From positions 1 through 57,100 of the IMG/VR virus record IMGVR_UViG_3300043540_000139: a DNA stretch of 57,100 nt. One strand, 5' to 3'. Numbering within the stretch: the first letter of the stretch is position 1; every line of letters begins with the position of its first letter. Positions 30,116-39,773 of the stretch are shown here, piece after piece. The DNA is from a virus. Lineage: Duplodnaviria; Caudoviricetes. The notes beneath the pieces were generated by a model that did no database searches, had not been told where the DNA came from, and saw only the letters and a list, made by a program, of their open reading frames with translations. Both the position numbers and the translations under genes were made by a program.

Positions 30116-30793
30116 ATGAAAAAATCAACAATTATTAATGAAGGAATTTGGTCAAGAATAACTAGTTGGGTTACTGATAAAATCGGTGGTAAACTTGACG
30201 AAAAGAAATTTGCTGATGGTTTGGCAGATTTACTTTTACAAGCATATAAATATAACCCAGCAGCATTTGTTTATTATAATCCTTATGATATCACTTTTTA
30301 TCCAACAGAAGGAACAACAGGAAGTTATGCAGTAGTTAAATTACCAGATAAAAGAAAATATTATGTTGCAAATCCGAAGAAGGGAATTAGTATTGAAATT
30401 CCTATATATAACAAACTTGATAATGTTATGAAATATATTTGTTATCTTGAAAAGAACAAAATAACCCCAGAAGAATTAAAGACACAAATGAATTTCAAAA
30501 AATCACAACACGGAAAAATAAAACAAGCATTAAAAACAAATATGAATATTACTCCGGCTATGCAAGAAAATTTCAAACTAACAAAATCATATTTAAAGCA
30601 ACTCATAAAAGAAGTTATTGAAGAAACCAGAAAAGATAGTGGTAAGTGTCCCGAAGATGGTTGTGTTCAAAAAAAACCTAATGGTAAATGGGGTGTTATA
30701 TCAAACAAAACAGGGAAGTTCTGGGATGCTGATTATGATACAAAGGCAGATGCAGAGGCAGGATTACGTGCTTATCATGTTCATAAAGGATAA
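30116..30793 (+). CDS. Putative internal head protein, two modules
   Basis: Starts MKKSTIINE|G; internal FKLTKSYLKQLIKEVIEE before a C-terminal GKWGVIS...AYH module. Confidence 0.65.
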   Translation: MKKSTIINEGIWSRITSWVTDKIGGKLDEKKFADGLADLLLQAYKYNPAAFVYYNPYDITFYPTEGTTGSYAVVKLPDKRKYYVANPKKGISIEIPIYNKLDNVMKYICYLEKNKITPEELKTQMNFKKSQHGKIKQALKTNMNITPAMQENFKLTKSYLKQLIKEVIEETRKDSGKCPEDGCVQKKPNGKWGVISNKTGKFWDADYDTKADAEAGLRAYHVHKG

Positions 30794-30798
30794 AACAA

Positions 30799-31143
30799 AT
30801 GACAAAATTAACCAAATCATATTTGAAGCAATTGATTAAAGAAGAACTCAAGTATTACAATAGTCATGGTTATACAATGACTTGGAAACATATGAAAGAA
30901 CTTGAAGTTTATGAAAGAGGAAATTATAAACCAGAAGAGGTGAAGCAATGGGAAAAGAAGTATAATATCAAAGATACTGATAAATGTATTTGGGTTACAA
31001 AAAATAAACGTGATGTTAAAAGATATTTAGAATATGACAATGACAGTAGTAACAATCCGATTTCATTTGAAAGAAAACAAGGATTCATTATTCCAGAAAG
31101 CAATGATGGAGATGGTGGTTTTCTGTTTGTATTAAAAAAATAA
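30799..31143 (+). CDS. Leader-bearing protein
   Basis: MTKLTKSYLKQLIKEEL; AAGGA RBS. Confidence 0.65.
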   Translation: MTKLTKSYLKQLIKEELKYYNSHGYTMTWKHMKELEVYERGNYKPEEVKQWEKKYNIKDTDKCIWVTKNKRDVKRYLEYDNDSSNNPISFERKQGFIIPESNDGDGGFLFVLKK

Positions 31144-31154
31144 GGATAAACAAA

Positions 31155-31574
31155 ATGATTAAATTAACAAAATCTTATTTGAAACAATTAATTAGAGAGT
31201 GCTTAAATGAAACACCGATTGCAGGATATGTTCCTGATAGCACAGTTGACAGAAGATTATATAATCAAGGTTTAAAGCAAGGTCATACTTTATATGAACC
31301 AACTTTTGCTGAAGAACAACACGAAAGAATGAGAATGGAATCATTATTATTCCATTCACCAAATCCACAGCAATATTATTTGAGATTGACAAAGATTACC
31401 AAACCTCAAAAAATGTATGGTGCTTATCTTATGTTATCCAATACTTATGCAAGAGAAGGACATGCACAAAAGAAACAATTGTTATGGAAAGCAATTCAGA
31501 TTGCTGTAAAATATTTAATGAAAAACGGTTACGGTGCTTATGTCAAACCAAATGATAGAAGAATATTTGGATAA
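31155..31574 (+). CDS. Leader-bearing protein
   Basis: MIKLTKSYLKQLIRECLNE; AAGGA RBS. Confidence 0.65.
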   Translation: MIKLTKSYLKQLIRECLNETPIAGYVPDSTVDRRLYNQGLKQGHTLYEPTFAEEQHERMRMESLLFHSPNPQQYYLRLTKITKPQKMYGAYLMLSNTYAREGHAQKKQLLWKAIQIAVKYLMKNGYGAYVKPNDRRIFG

Positions 31575-31582
31575 TAAATATT

Positions 31583-32092
31583 ATGGAAAATAATAATAAT
31601 AACAATCAATTGATTGAACAATATTTGAGAAAACTTATTTCTGAGGAATTGACAAAGAAGAATAGAGATAGTTTTATAAGTCAAGTATTGAGAATGGGTA
31701 AACAACTTGGAATTAGTCTAAACTCAAATCTTATAATTTTAAGAGATGTTTTATTGGCATTAGTTCCAAAACTTGTAACAGATTACCCATATAGCAAACC
31801 AGAAAGGGATAAGATAGTTAGGGCTATAAATCAAATATTTATTGGAAACATTGAAAGTCCCGGAACAACTTTGCAACCAAAATGGGAAAATGAACAACAA
31901 ATGATGACATATATAAATTCTGAATTTCCAAATGGTATGGTAGGTTCTATAATTCAGGATTATGCTGGATATAAATATAAGGTTTGGAAATTTAATAAAC
32001 CAGCAATGTATATACATGTTCAATCTCTTGATGATGGCAAAGTTTATTGGGTTGATACTGAAGAAATGTTGAAAGGTTTCATTAAATTATAA
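31583..32092 (+). CDS. Leader-bearing protein
   Basis: LIEQYLRKLISEE near the N-terminus. Confidence 0.6.
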   Translation: MENNNNNNQLIEQYLRKLISEELTKKNRDSFISQVLRMGKQLGISLNSNLIILRDVLLALVPKLVTDYPYSKPERDKIVRAINQIFIGNIESPGTTLQPKWENEQQMMTYINSEFPNGMVGSIIQDYAGYKYKVWKFNKPAMYIHVQSLDDGKVYWVDTEEMLKGFIKL

Positions 32093-32107
32093 CAAAATAT
32101 ATTATAG

Positions 32108-32464
32108 GTGAATAATGATATGAAAAATGAAATTGATAAAAGTTTGGAAATAATACTTAAAAAAAGTATTAACGCATATCTAAACGAACAGCAATTTGAA
32201 AGTGAATTTGAAAAAATTCAGAATCAACCACCTGAATACAATGTTTATGCTATGATGAAATTATTGAATAGACATAGAGAATTGAAAAAAGAATTTATGA
32301 ACTATAAACAATTATATGGAAGAAGAAACAGTAACATCAAAGCAAGTGAAATTATATTCAGAAATTATATTTTAAATGACCCTGCATTTGAAAGAGAATA
32401 TAGGAAAATATTAGATGATTTTCAGGGTAAAACAACTGAAAAATTACCACCAATTCGTAAATAA
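32108..32464 (+). CDS. Hypothetical protein
   Basis: 118 aa; ILKKSINAYLNE leader-like segment. Confidence 0.55.
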   Translation: MNNDMKNEIDKSLEIILKKSINAYLNEQQFESEFEKIQNQPPEYNVYAMMKLLNRHRELKKEFMNYKQLYGRRNSNIKASEIIFRNYILNDPAFEREYRKILDDFQGKTTEKLPPIRK

Positions 32465-32476
32465 AAAGATACAAAA

Positions 32477-32698
32477 ATGAAACTAACAAATAAATATTTG
32501 AAACAATTGATTAAAGAAGTAATTAATGAAAGTAAATTAAGGATAAATTTTTGTAGCGAATGTTTCTTTGTTGACCATTCTGGAAGTTTCATTCTGGGTG
32601 CAGATTGGAATAAATGAATAATTCCTTATAAGGATGTTGTTGAAGGTGGTAGAACATATCATATTCCAAAAGAAATTCCTAAATGGTGTCCGTTATAA
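32477..32698 (+). pseudogene. Leader plus decayed CxxC...PKWCPL domain
   Basis: MKLTNKYLKQLIKEVINE..CSEC, in-frame TGA at 32615-32617, then IIPYK...IPKWCPL. Confidence 0.55.
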
Positions 32699-32744
32699 AT
32701 AAAAATAGTTTTCTTAAAAAACTTCTTAAAAATATTTTTAGATT

Positions 32745-33182
32745 ATGAAAATTAATAAGCAACAATTTAAAGCACTTGTAAAAGAATGTCTGGTTGAAAT
32801 AATAAGCGAAGGTGGATTGGAATTAATACCTAAAACTTATGAAATTAGAATGAATGGAACAACTACCCAACAATCACCTTTTATGAAAAAGATGAATGAA
32901 ACAATATACAAACAACCAGCAGCAAAGTCAAAACCGAAAACTATTACAGGTGATCCGTATTTAGATAGTTTAATTGCAAATGCAGAAGATGGTGAAGCAA
33001 AAATGTATCCCGGAGGACAAAGTTTTGGAGCAAATCCAAATCCAGTTATGACAGAACAAACAAGGATACAATCAGATACCAATGTATATCAAATGGACCA
33101 TGTAGATTATTCAAAATTTTCCGATATATTTGATGATGATAAAAAATTTAAAAAGGCACAAAGCAATGTTAAACCAACCTAA
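32745..33182 (+). CDS. Leader-bearing head-module protein
   Basis: MKINKQQFKALVKECLVEIISEG. Confidence 0.65.
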   Translation: MKINKQQFKALVKECLVEIISEGGLELIPKTYEIRMNGTTTQQSPFMKKMNETIYKQPAAKSKPKTITGDPYLDSLIANAEDGEAKMYPGGQSFGANPNPVMTEQTRIQSDTNVYQMDHVDYSKFSDIFDDDKKFKKAQSNVKPT

Positions 33183-33720
33183 AAAATATAACAGCAAGTC
33201 CTTTGAAATGAAATTGATTATCAAAGAAGATGATGCTAAAAAAAGAAAGAACTATTTGGATAAAACTTTTGGTTCAGAAGCACCAGAAATTGGATTTAAA
33301 GACCCGTTTGGTGGAGATGGAATAAATGCTGGGGAAGGAAATCCAGATTTTCCTCAATTAACAGAAATGTATTATTATTACAGTAATTCATTGGTATTCA
33401 AATTAAATGATACTTATGGTGTAATGCACGGAACAGATGATATGTTAATTAAATTTCCAGCAAAATGTAAAGTCAATTTTAATTGGGATAAATATTTGGA
33501 ACCAATATCTTATAATGCTTGTATTAGAAGTTTAGCAACAAAAGGTATTTGTGCTCCATTCCAAAATAAATATTTATTGTTTAAATTAAACCAAGATACT
33601 ATTGATGTTCAAGAAATTCCTTTTGAACAATCTACTGATTATTTCAAACTTCCTGATAAATGGATGGACTTTTTAGAAATTATTCAAGAAAAGCCAATGA
33701 TTGTTTCTGATTCTAAATAA
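33130..33720 (+). CDS. Hypothetical protein (true start possibly 33166 or 33208)
   Basis: Long + strand ORF; MKLIIKE at 33208. Confidence 0.55.
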   Translation: MMMIKNLKRHKAMLNQPKKYNSKSFEMKLIIKEDDAKKRKNYLDKTFGSEAPEIGFKDPFGGDGINAGEGNPDFPQLTEMYYYYSNSLVFKLNDTYGVMHGTDDMLIKFPAKCKVNFNWDKYLEPISYNACIRSLATKGICAPFQNKYLLFKLNQDTIDVQEIPFEQSTDYFKLPDKWMDFLEIIQEKPMIVSDSK

Positions 33721-33865
33721 TAAAGGAATTATATAATTTGACAGGGTGGAGTAAAGTTTTAGGGATTGATACCAAACCATTTACTCAAGGTCCTTTTATT
33801 GAAGATATAAAATGGAAAAAAGCAATTAAAGAAAAATTAAAAGAAATATATAAATAATAGAATAT

Positions 33866-34111
33866 ATGAAAGAACAAACAAAAGTAGTTTTGAAATTAAT
33901 GAATTTCATAACAGATAGTGTGGAAGTTATGGTAAACCCATATAATAAAGAATTTCCGAGAAGTAAATTATTTCAAAGAAAAATTGAAAGGGATATGAAA
34001 ACCATCAAAAAATATTTATTGACTTTGAATAATGAACTGGAAAGATTTGATTATGAAAAATTAAAAAAGAAAAAAGCAGAAGAATTGAAATTGAAAAGAA
34101 CGAACAAATAA
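33866..34111 (+). CDS. Hypothetical basic protein
   Basis: 81 aa; TATAAATA at 33849. Confidence 0.5.
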   Translation: MKEQTKVVLKLMNFITDSVEVMVNPYNKEFPRSKLFQRKIERDMKTIKKYLLTLNNELERFDYEKLKKKKAEELKLKRTNK

Positions 34112-34160
34112 ATAATCAAATGGTTTTATATTCTTTATATATAACATAAGGAAAAATAAG

Positions 34161-34511
34161 ATGGCACAAAAATTAAATGAAATCCAATTAAGGGGTTTAA
34201 TCAAAAAAATGATTGAAGAACAAAATAAACCAAAAGAAACACCAAAACCAAATGCAACACCAAAAAAAACCAGAACAACTTCAAAAGTTGTAAAGGAACA
34301 ATTACCTGATACTCCTAAAGCAGAAGGTCCTCAGTCTTGGTTTTCGGTTGTAAATATCACAAGAATTCTTCAAAACAAATTAGGTAGAGAATTAGCAAAC
34401 AATAAAGATGTAAGAGCAGAATTGTCTGGTGTGTTAGCAGAATTAATTAAGAAAAGATATACATATCCAGAAGTTCAAGCATTAATGTCTTTCATTGAAA
34501 AATATAAATAA
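34161..34511 (+). CDS. Leader-bearing protein
   Basis: KLNEIQLRGLIKKMIEE; AAGGA RBS. Confidence 0.6.
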   Translation: MAQKLNEIQLRGLIKKMIEEQNKPKETPKPNATPKKTRTTSKVVKEQLPDTPKAEGPQSWFSVVNITRILQNKLGRELANNKDVRAELSGVLAELIKKRYTYPEVQALMSFIEKYK

Positions 34512-35136
34512 TGAACAGAAGAAGGAAACTAAAGTAAAAGTAAAGATTGGTTTGGATATCAAGATTATTGTAGATTTGAATGAAAACGAATTTAGAAGTG
34601 GTGTAGATAAAAGGATATTGATTGAGAAATATGTTAAATGTGGAATTTGTGAAGGGTCTGGTTCTTTGTTGAAGAAAGAATCTTGAAATATATGCAAAGA
34701 ATGTTTCGGTGTTGGTGTTGGTTGCAAAAGTTGTAAAGATGCTGGTGTAGTTATGGATAAACCCTGCAATGTATGTGGTGGTGAAGGAAAAATGGAAAAG
34801 AAAGTGATGGAAAGAATCGTTATTCCAGCAAATGCAAGGAAAGGTCAAAAATATATTTATAGAAACAAAGGAGACCAAGGGGTAAGAAACCATAAGTCTG
34901 GAAGTTTAATAATTGAAATTGGTGGATTATCCAAAACCAATTTTGATATTTATAAAAATGATATTATGATGTATAAGACGATTGATATTGAAGTAAATAA
35001 TATGGAAAAAATATTTAAGGTAAATGTAAAACCTGGAATTAAATCTGGTGATATATATAAGATTGATAAGATGGGTATGGTAAATGAAAACAAAAAGGTT
35101 ATTGGTGACTATTATATTAAATTTAAGGTGGTATAA
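34495..35136 (+). pseudogene. DnaJ zinc-finger/C-terminal fragment lacking the J domain, interrupted by in-frame TGA
   Basis: GLDI...CGICEGSG..ES*NICKECFGVG..CKSCKDAG..CNVCGGEG..IPANA..KGDQG..PGIKSG..GDYYI; TGA at 34684-34686; no HPD motif. Confidence 0.75.
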
Positions 35137-35140
35137 TATT

Positions 35141-35571
35141 ATGAAAATCAAAAAGTCAGAATTGAAGCAAATTATAAAAGAAGTATTACTTAATGAAGAA
35201 TTTGCAGATATGGCAGAATTTAAAGTCGGTTGTGAAAGGGCTGGAAATGGCTATCATAATGTTCAAATGATGATTCATGGTAAAGTAATAGCAAGTGTAA
35301 AAGTAAAAGATAATGTAAATAAATTATATGAAAAATTATTTGATTATTGCAAAAATGCCATTAACAAAACCAAACCAGCAATTTAGACCCAAAGGCAGTA
35401 AAGTTTATAGAAACATTGCACGGAAAATTTGAACCAAAAGGAATTGAATGTCCTGATTGTCATAAGAAAGAATATGTTGCATATAAAAGAGTTCCGAAAG
35501 GGGAAGAATTAGTTTATGTATATTACAAATGTTTAAATTGTGGTTCAAAAGATGTAGAACCTATTGATTAA
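35141..35571 (+). CDS. Leader-bearing protein with a frameshifted CxxC-CxxC zinc ribbon tail
   Basis: MKIKKSELKQIIKEVLLNEE ORF ends at 35386. An overlapping frame without ATG encodes CPDC...CLNC to 35571. Confidence 0.5.
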
Positions 35572-35588
35572 AATAAGGGACAAATAAA

Positions 35589-35993
35589 ATGAAAAACGGA
35601 TTTAAATTTAATAGTGATGAAGATAAATACTATATCTATTTTGATGATATAGGAAAAAAGGTATTAGTATATAATACCCCGAAACCTTTTATATTAAGAA
35701 TTGGTGGGAAAGGTCCTCAGAGTGCAACAGATACAACACCAACAATTCCTCCACAATTATATTCAGTATTAAAAGTATTAGTGGAACATCCAGGAAGAGT
35801 ATTTACCAGAGATGAAATTGCAACACATTTGATTGGGACTTCTAATAAAGATTTTATTAAACAAGGTGGATATGCACAACAAGAACAATATGTAAATGTA
35901 AGGATGTCTAATTTAAGAAAAAAATTGGGTCCTATAATGGGAAATCAAATAATGACTACAAAAGGTGGTTATGTTTACGAAGAAAAAATATAA
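35589..35993 (+). CDS. OmpR/PhoB-type winged-helix DNA-binding protein without receiver domain
   Basis: VLKVLVEHPGRVFTRDEI...VNVRMSNLRKKLG...IMTTKGGY. Confidence 0.82.
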   Translation: MKNGFKFNSDEDKYYIYFDDIGKKVLVYNTPKPFILRIGGKGPQSATDTTPTIPPQLYSVLKVLVEHPGRVFTRDEIATHLIGTSNKDFIKQGGYAQQEQYVNVRMSNLRKKLGPIMGNQIMTTKGGYVYEEKI

Positions 35994-36011
35994 ATTTTAT
36001 TTTATATTGTT

Positions 36012-36377
36012 ATGGTAAAGAAAAGAAAAAAAGATGTTGATGAAGTTGAAGTTAAAAAATCCACTTCAAAATTTATTTCAAAATGGTTAGAACACCATTT
36101 CCCTGAAATTCAAAAAGTTTATACTGATAAGAAAAAAGTAATTGAGATTTTAGGTGAATTAAAATTTGATAATGAAGTTGATAAAAGATGGTATCAGAAT
36201 TTTATGATAGGAGTTAAGAAAAGAAAAGATGTAGAACTATTGACATATTTGTATGATATATTCTTATCTGGAGAAGGTTTAGTTGTAGATAGTCCAGAAG
36301 GAGAAACATACGAAACAAATTGGAAGAAAAGATATAAGAATAAGTTTAAAGATAATAACAATTATAATAAGGAATGA
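36012..36377 (+). CDS. Hypothetical protein
   Basis: 121 aa ORF. Confidence 0.55.
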   Translation: MVKKRKKDVDEVEVKKSTSKFISKWLEHHFPEIQKVYTDKKKVIEILGELKFDNEVDKRWYQNFMIGVKKRKDVELLTYLYDIFLSGEGLVVDSPEGETYETNWKKRYKNKFKDNNNYNKE

Positions 36378-36445
36378 TAATATTTATATGTGTATAATAC
36401 AAGGGTTTTATTTTTGGTAATATAAAATCATAGGAAGAAAATAAA

Positions 36446-37150
36446 ATGATAACCAAGAAAACAATTGAACAAATTATCAAAGAAGAAGTATATAGAAAAA
36501 AGGCATGGGATATTGTCAAAAAACATAAAAAGTTATTTGAACAAGATGCACCTCCTTCTCCTTTGACACAAACAGCACCGGCATCAGATAACCCTAAATA
36601 TAAAACCAATGCTGAAGCAAAAGCCGCATTGGAACAATATTGGCAAAACCAAAAAGAAATTGAACAGTTATATGCTTTGATTAAACCTACATTGGATATC
36701 ATTGGCGAAAAAGAAGTTGGTGGTGCTCAAATATTAAAAGGTGTTGAAGCATATATGAGGGATTATAATAAATCTACTCTTAAAACATCTGCATTAATTG
36801 CTAAAATAACTGTTAAAGAAAGCACCAAAAAAGAAAACCCAAAATACAAAGAATTGTTTGAAAAGGCATTGACATACTGTAATGATGCTGTTCAAAAATC
36901 TTTGAATGATATGAAAGAAGCAATGAAGAAAGTAACTATCATTAAAGATAAAGTATTTTCCGTAGAACCTCTTGTTGAAGGAAAGAAAATTGACGAAGGT
37001 ATAGTAAAAGACTTTTTAAATATTATTAAAAATATTTACAAAAAGTTGATTGAATACGGAAAGTTATTCTTGAATGGATTTAAGAATATGACAAAAGAAA
37101 ATGATAAACTTAATTCAGCAGCAGAAAAATATCTTAAATCTTTGGGATAA
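36446..37150 (+). CDS. Leader-bearing coiled-coil protein
   Basis: MITKKTIEQIIKEE, plus internal LFE, LVE and IDE sites. Confidence 0.65.
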   Translation: MITKKTIEQIIKEEVYRKKAWDIVKKHKKLFEQDAPPSPLTQTAPASDNPKYKTNAEAKAALEQYWQNQKEIEQLYALIKPTLDIIGEKEVGGAQILKGVEAYMRDYNKSTLKTSALIAKITVKESTKKENPKYKELFEKALTYCNDAVQKSLNDMKEAMKKVTIIKDKVFSVEPLVEGKKIDEGIVKDFLNIIKNIYKKLIEYGKLFLNGFKNMTKENDKLNSAAEKYLKSLG

Positions 37151-37173
37151 TAATTTATTTTATTATATAAAAT

Positions 37174-37764
37174 ATGGATTATAAAACATACAATTTGGTG
37201 GTTGTAGACATTCAACCCGAATACCAAAAATTTTTTGGATTTAGTGTTTACAACTTTATTAAATGGGTAAATAATACCCAATTCAAATCTATTCATTGGT
37301 TTTTTAATGGTCCTGATTTGGGTTATGGTTCTGAAATGGAATTACAAAATTGGTTAACTGATGTTTGTGGATTAGAACAAGACAAATTGTATGATATAAA
37401 TTTTTATGATAAGGGTTATGCTTTCTTTCGTTCTTGTATAGATAGACATATTAGTGATAAAGAAATAATTCATCTTATTCGTTTTATGTTGGCAAAAGGT
37501 GTTGATGATTCAAGGGATATGGATAAAGACTTCTGGGATGATTTTGAAAAACAGTATAATTATTTCCAAAGTTCAATTAGAAGATTATTGGATAAAGCAG
37601 ATGATTTGGTAAATATTCCAGAATTGTTAGGTTATATAAAGAACAGAATATCTGGGAATAGTTTATTGGTTGGTGGTGCAAAAACAGAATGTTTAAAAGA
37701 AGTTGAATTATGTTTCAGAATACTTGGTAAAACTTATAAAAAGGAACCAAAATGGATTTATTGA
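37174..37764 (+). CDS. Isochorismatase/cysteine-hydrolase-like protein
   Basis: LVVVDIQ (Asp), YDKGY (Lys), LVGGAKTEC (Cys). Confidence 0.65.
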   Translation: MDYKTYNLVVVDIQPEYQKFFGFSVYNFIKWVNNTQFKSIHWFFNGPDLGYGSEMELQNWLTDVCGLEQDKLYDINFYDKGYAFFRSCIDRHISDKEIIHLIRFMLAKGVDDSRDMDKDFWDDFEKQYNYFQSSIRRLLDKADDLVNIPELLGYIKNRISGNSLLVGGAKTECLKEVELCFRILGKTYKKEPKWIY

Positions 37765-38288
37765 AAAAAAATACTAGGAAAACAATCAATGAAGTAAATT
37801 ATTTGGATTTAGCAAAAAAGAAAATGAATTTTACTAAACCTTGTCCTTCTTCACAAGAAGCATGGAGATTTGCAAGTAAATTAGCAAAAATTCTTGGTGA
37901 TGAGGCAGAAATTGCTACTTCCACCAGAATGGGAGGATATTTACAGAAGATATCTGGGGATACTGATCACGGAACTTTTAATTGGTATTATGATGCTAGA
38001 CATAAAACAGTTACAATTGATTTTAAAGATGCAGTTGGAACGCATAAACCAAAGTATGTTTATCCGAGATACGGATACAGAGAATTTATTGCTCAAATTT
38101 ATACTAATGAAAGGACTGGTGAAGTTGAAGTAAAATATACTGCTAATAAAAATGAAGCGTATGCAATTGAAAATAATGATAAAGCAATAGAAAGGTTTAG
38201 AAAATATATTGATAGAATAGAATATGATGGCAAAGATATGAATTTTGAAGATTTTACAAACAAACCCAAAAAGGTTTATAAAATATAA
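37752..38288 (+). CDS. Tandem paralog 1 (MDLLK...TINE|VNYLDLAKK family)
   Basis: Highly similar to 38345 and 38967. Confidence 0.8.
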   Translation: MDLLKKNTRKTINEVNYLDLAKKKMNFTKPCPSSQEAWRFASKLAKILGDEAEIATSTRMGGYLQKISGDTDHGTFNWYYDARHKTVTIDFKDAVGTHKPKYVYPRYGYREFIAQIYTNERTGEVEVKYTANKNEAYAIENNDKAIERFRKYIDRIEYDGKDMNFEDFTNKPKKVYKI

Positions 38289-38344
38289 AAGAAGTTGAAA
38301 TATGTTTCAGAATACTTTATAAAACTTAAAAAAAAGGAACCAAA

Positions 38345-38911
38345 ATGGATTTGTTGAAAAATACTAGGAAAACAATCAATGAAGTAAATTATTTGGATTT
38401 AGCAAAAAAGAGAATAAATTTTATTAAACCTTGTTATTCTTCAGAAGAAGCATTGAAATTTGCAAGTAAATTAGCAAATGCTTTGGGTGATGAGGCAAAT
38501 AGTTCTACTGTCACTAGATGGGGAATATCTCATAAACAGGGAAGTTCTAGAACGGGAAGATATTTAGATTCTAGATCTGGGGGAACTATGCACGGAACTT
38601 TTACTTGGTATTATGATCCTGAATATAAAAGAGTTTCAATTGATTTTAAAGATGCAGTTGGAACGCATAAACCAAAGTATGTTTATCCGAAACAGGGATT
38701 AATACATTTTATTGCTCAAATTTATACTAATGAAAGGACTGGTGAAATTGAAGTAAAATATACTACTAATAAAAATGAAGCGTATGCAATTGAAAATAAT
38801 GATAAAGCAATAGAAAGATTTAAAGACTATATGGATAGTATAGGACATGAAGGCAAAGATCTGTATTTTGAAGATTTTTCAAACAGACCTAGAAAGGTTT
38901 ATAAAATATAA
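38345..38911 (+). CDS. Tandem paralog 2
   Basis: Same family, with an approximately 11 aa insertion in the variable region. Confidence 0.8.
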   Translation: MDLLKNTRKTINEVNYLDLAKKRINFIKPCYSSEEALKFASKLANALGDEANSSTVTRWGISHKQGSSRTGRYLDSRSGGTMHGTFTWYYDPEYKRVSIDFKDAVGTHKPKYVYPKQGLIHFIAQIYTNERTGEIEVKYTTNKNEAYAIENNDKAIERFKDYMDSIGHEGKDLYFEDFSNRPRKVYKI

Positions 38912-38966
38912 AAGAAGTTGAAATATGTTTCAGAATACTTGATAAAACTTATAAAAAGGAACCAAA

Positions 38967-39512
38967 ATGGATTTATTGAAAAACATTTCCGAGAAAACAA
39001 TCAATGAAGTAAATTATTTGGATTTAGCAAAAAAGAGAATAGATTTTACTAAACCTTGTCCTTCTTCAGAAGAAGCATATAGATTTGCAAGTAAATTAGC
39101 AAAAATTCTTGGTGATGAGGTAAATAGTTCTACTGTCACTAGATTTGGAAGATATTTAGATTCTAGGTCTGGGGAAACTGTGCACGGAACTTTTCAATGG
39201 CATTATGATGCCAACCAAAAAACAATTGATATTTATTTTGAAAATTCAACTGGAATGCATGAACCAAAGTATGTTTATCCGAAACACGAATTCAAAGATT
39301 TTATTGGTAAAATTTATACGAATGAAAGGACTGGTGAAGTTGATGTAAGTTATACTACTAATAAAAATGAAGCGTATGCAATTGAAAATAATGAAAAAGC
39401 AATAAAAAGATTTAGAGAATATATGGATAGAACAGGACATAACGGCAAAGATATGTATTTTGAAGATTTTACAAACAAACCCAAAAAGGTTTATAAAATA
39501 GCAGGAGTATGA
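38967..39512 (+). CDS. Tandem paralog 3
   Basis: Same family. Confidence 0.8.
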   Translation: MDLLKNISEKTINEVNYLDLAKKRIDFTKPCPSSEEAYRFASKLAKILGDEVNSSTVTRFGRYLDSRSGETVHGTFQWHYDANQKTIDIYFENSTGMHEPKYVYPKHEFKDFIGKIYTNERTGEVDVSYTTNKNEAYAIENNEKAIKRFREYMDRTGHNGKDMYFEDFTNKPKKVYKIAGV

Positions 39513-39745
39513 AAAGACTAACTGAAATAGTCGCTGACGTTTTGAAAGAAAGTCATTATTATTATATTACTGATTTAGGACATTATTTCAGTAGCACAAT
39601 GGGTAATGCTCCTAAACCTAAAAGATTTACTGTTTGGGATAGTAATACTAACCAACCTATTGAATCATCAAATGATATTGGATATTTGATGAATAAATAT
39701 CAAATCCAAAAAGTTTATGCTTACAACAACAACAAAGCGACTTAA
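39509..39745 (+). CDS. Leader-bearing small protein
   Basis: MKRLTEIVADVLKE|S. Confidence 0.6.
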   Translation: MKRLTEIVADVLKESHYYYITDLGHYFSSTMGNAPKPKRFTVWDSNTNQPIESSNDIGYLMNKYQIQKVYAYNNNKAT

Positions 39746-39773
39746 ATATAAAATAACATAGAGAGGATTATCA

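Larger units (their letters stand above)
37694..39500 (+). repeat. Approximately 600-bp tandem triplication
   Basis: Units start TAAAAGAAGTTGAA at 37694, 38286 and 38909; each carries a copy of the 3' end of gene 37174. Confidence 0.9.

Noticed and set aside
16890-34686. Stop-codon reassignment (in-frame TGA near 16935, 32615 and 34684; TAA at 10266 and 41190)
   Set aside because: Long core genes have no internal stops, Trp is encoded by TGG throughout, and TGA/TAA end genes at the expected C-termini (MTase, ligA, sheath). Sporadic decay or errors fit better.
37694-39500. CRISPR array or DGR template/variable repeats
   Set aside because: Units are about 600-bp coding duplications; differences are not adenine-restricted and no reverse transcriptase or cas gene is seen.
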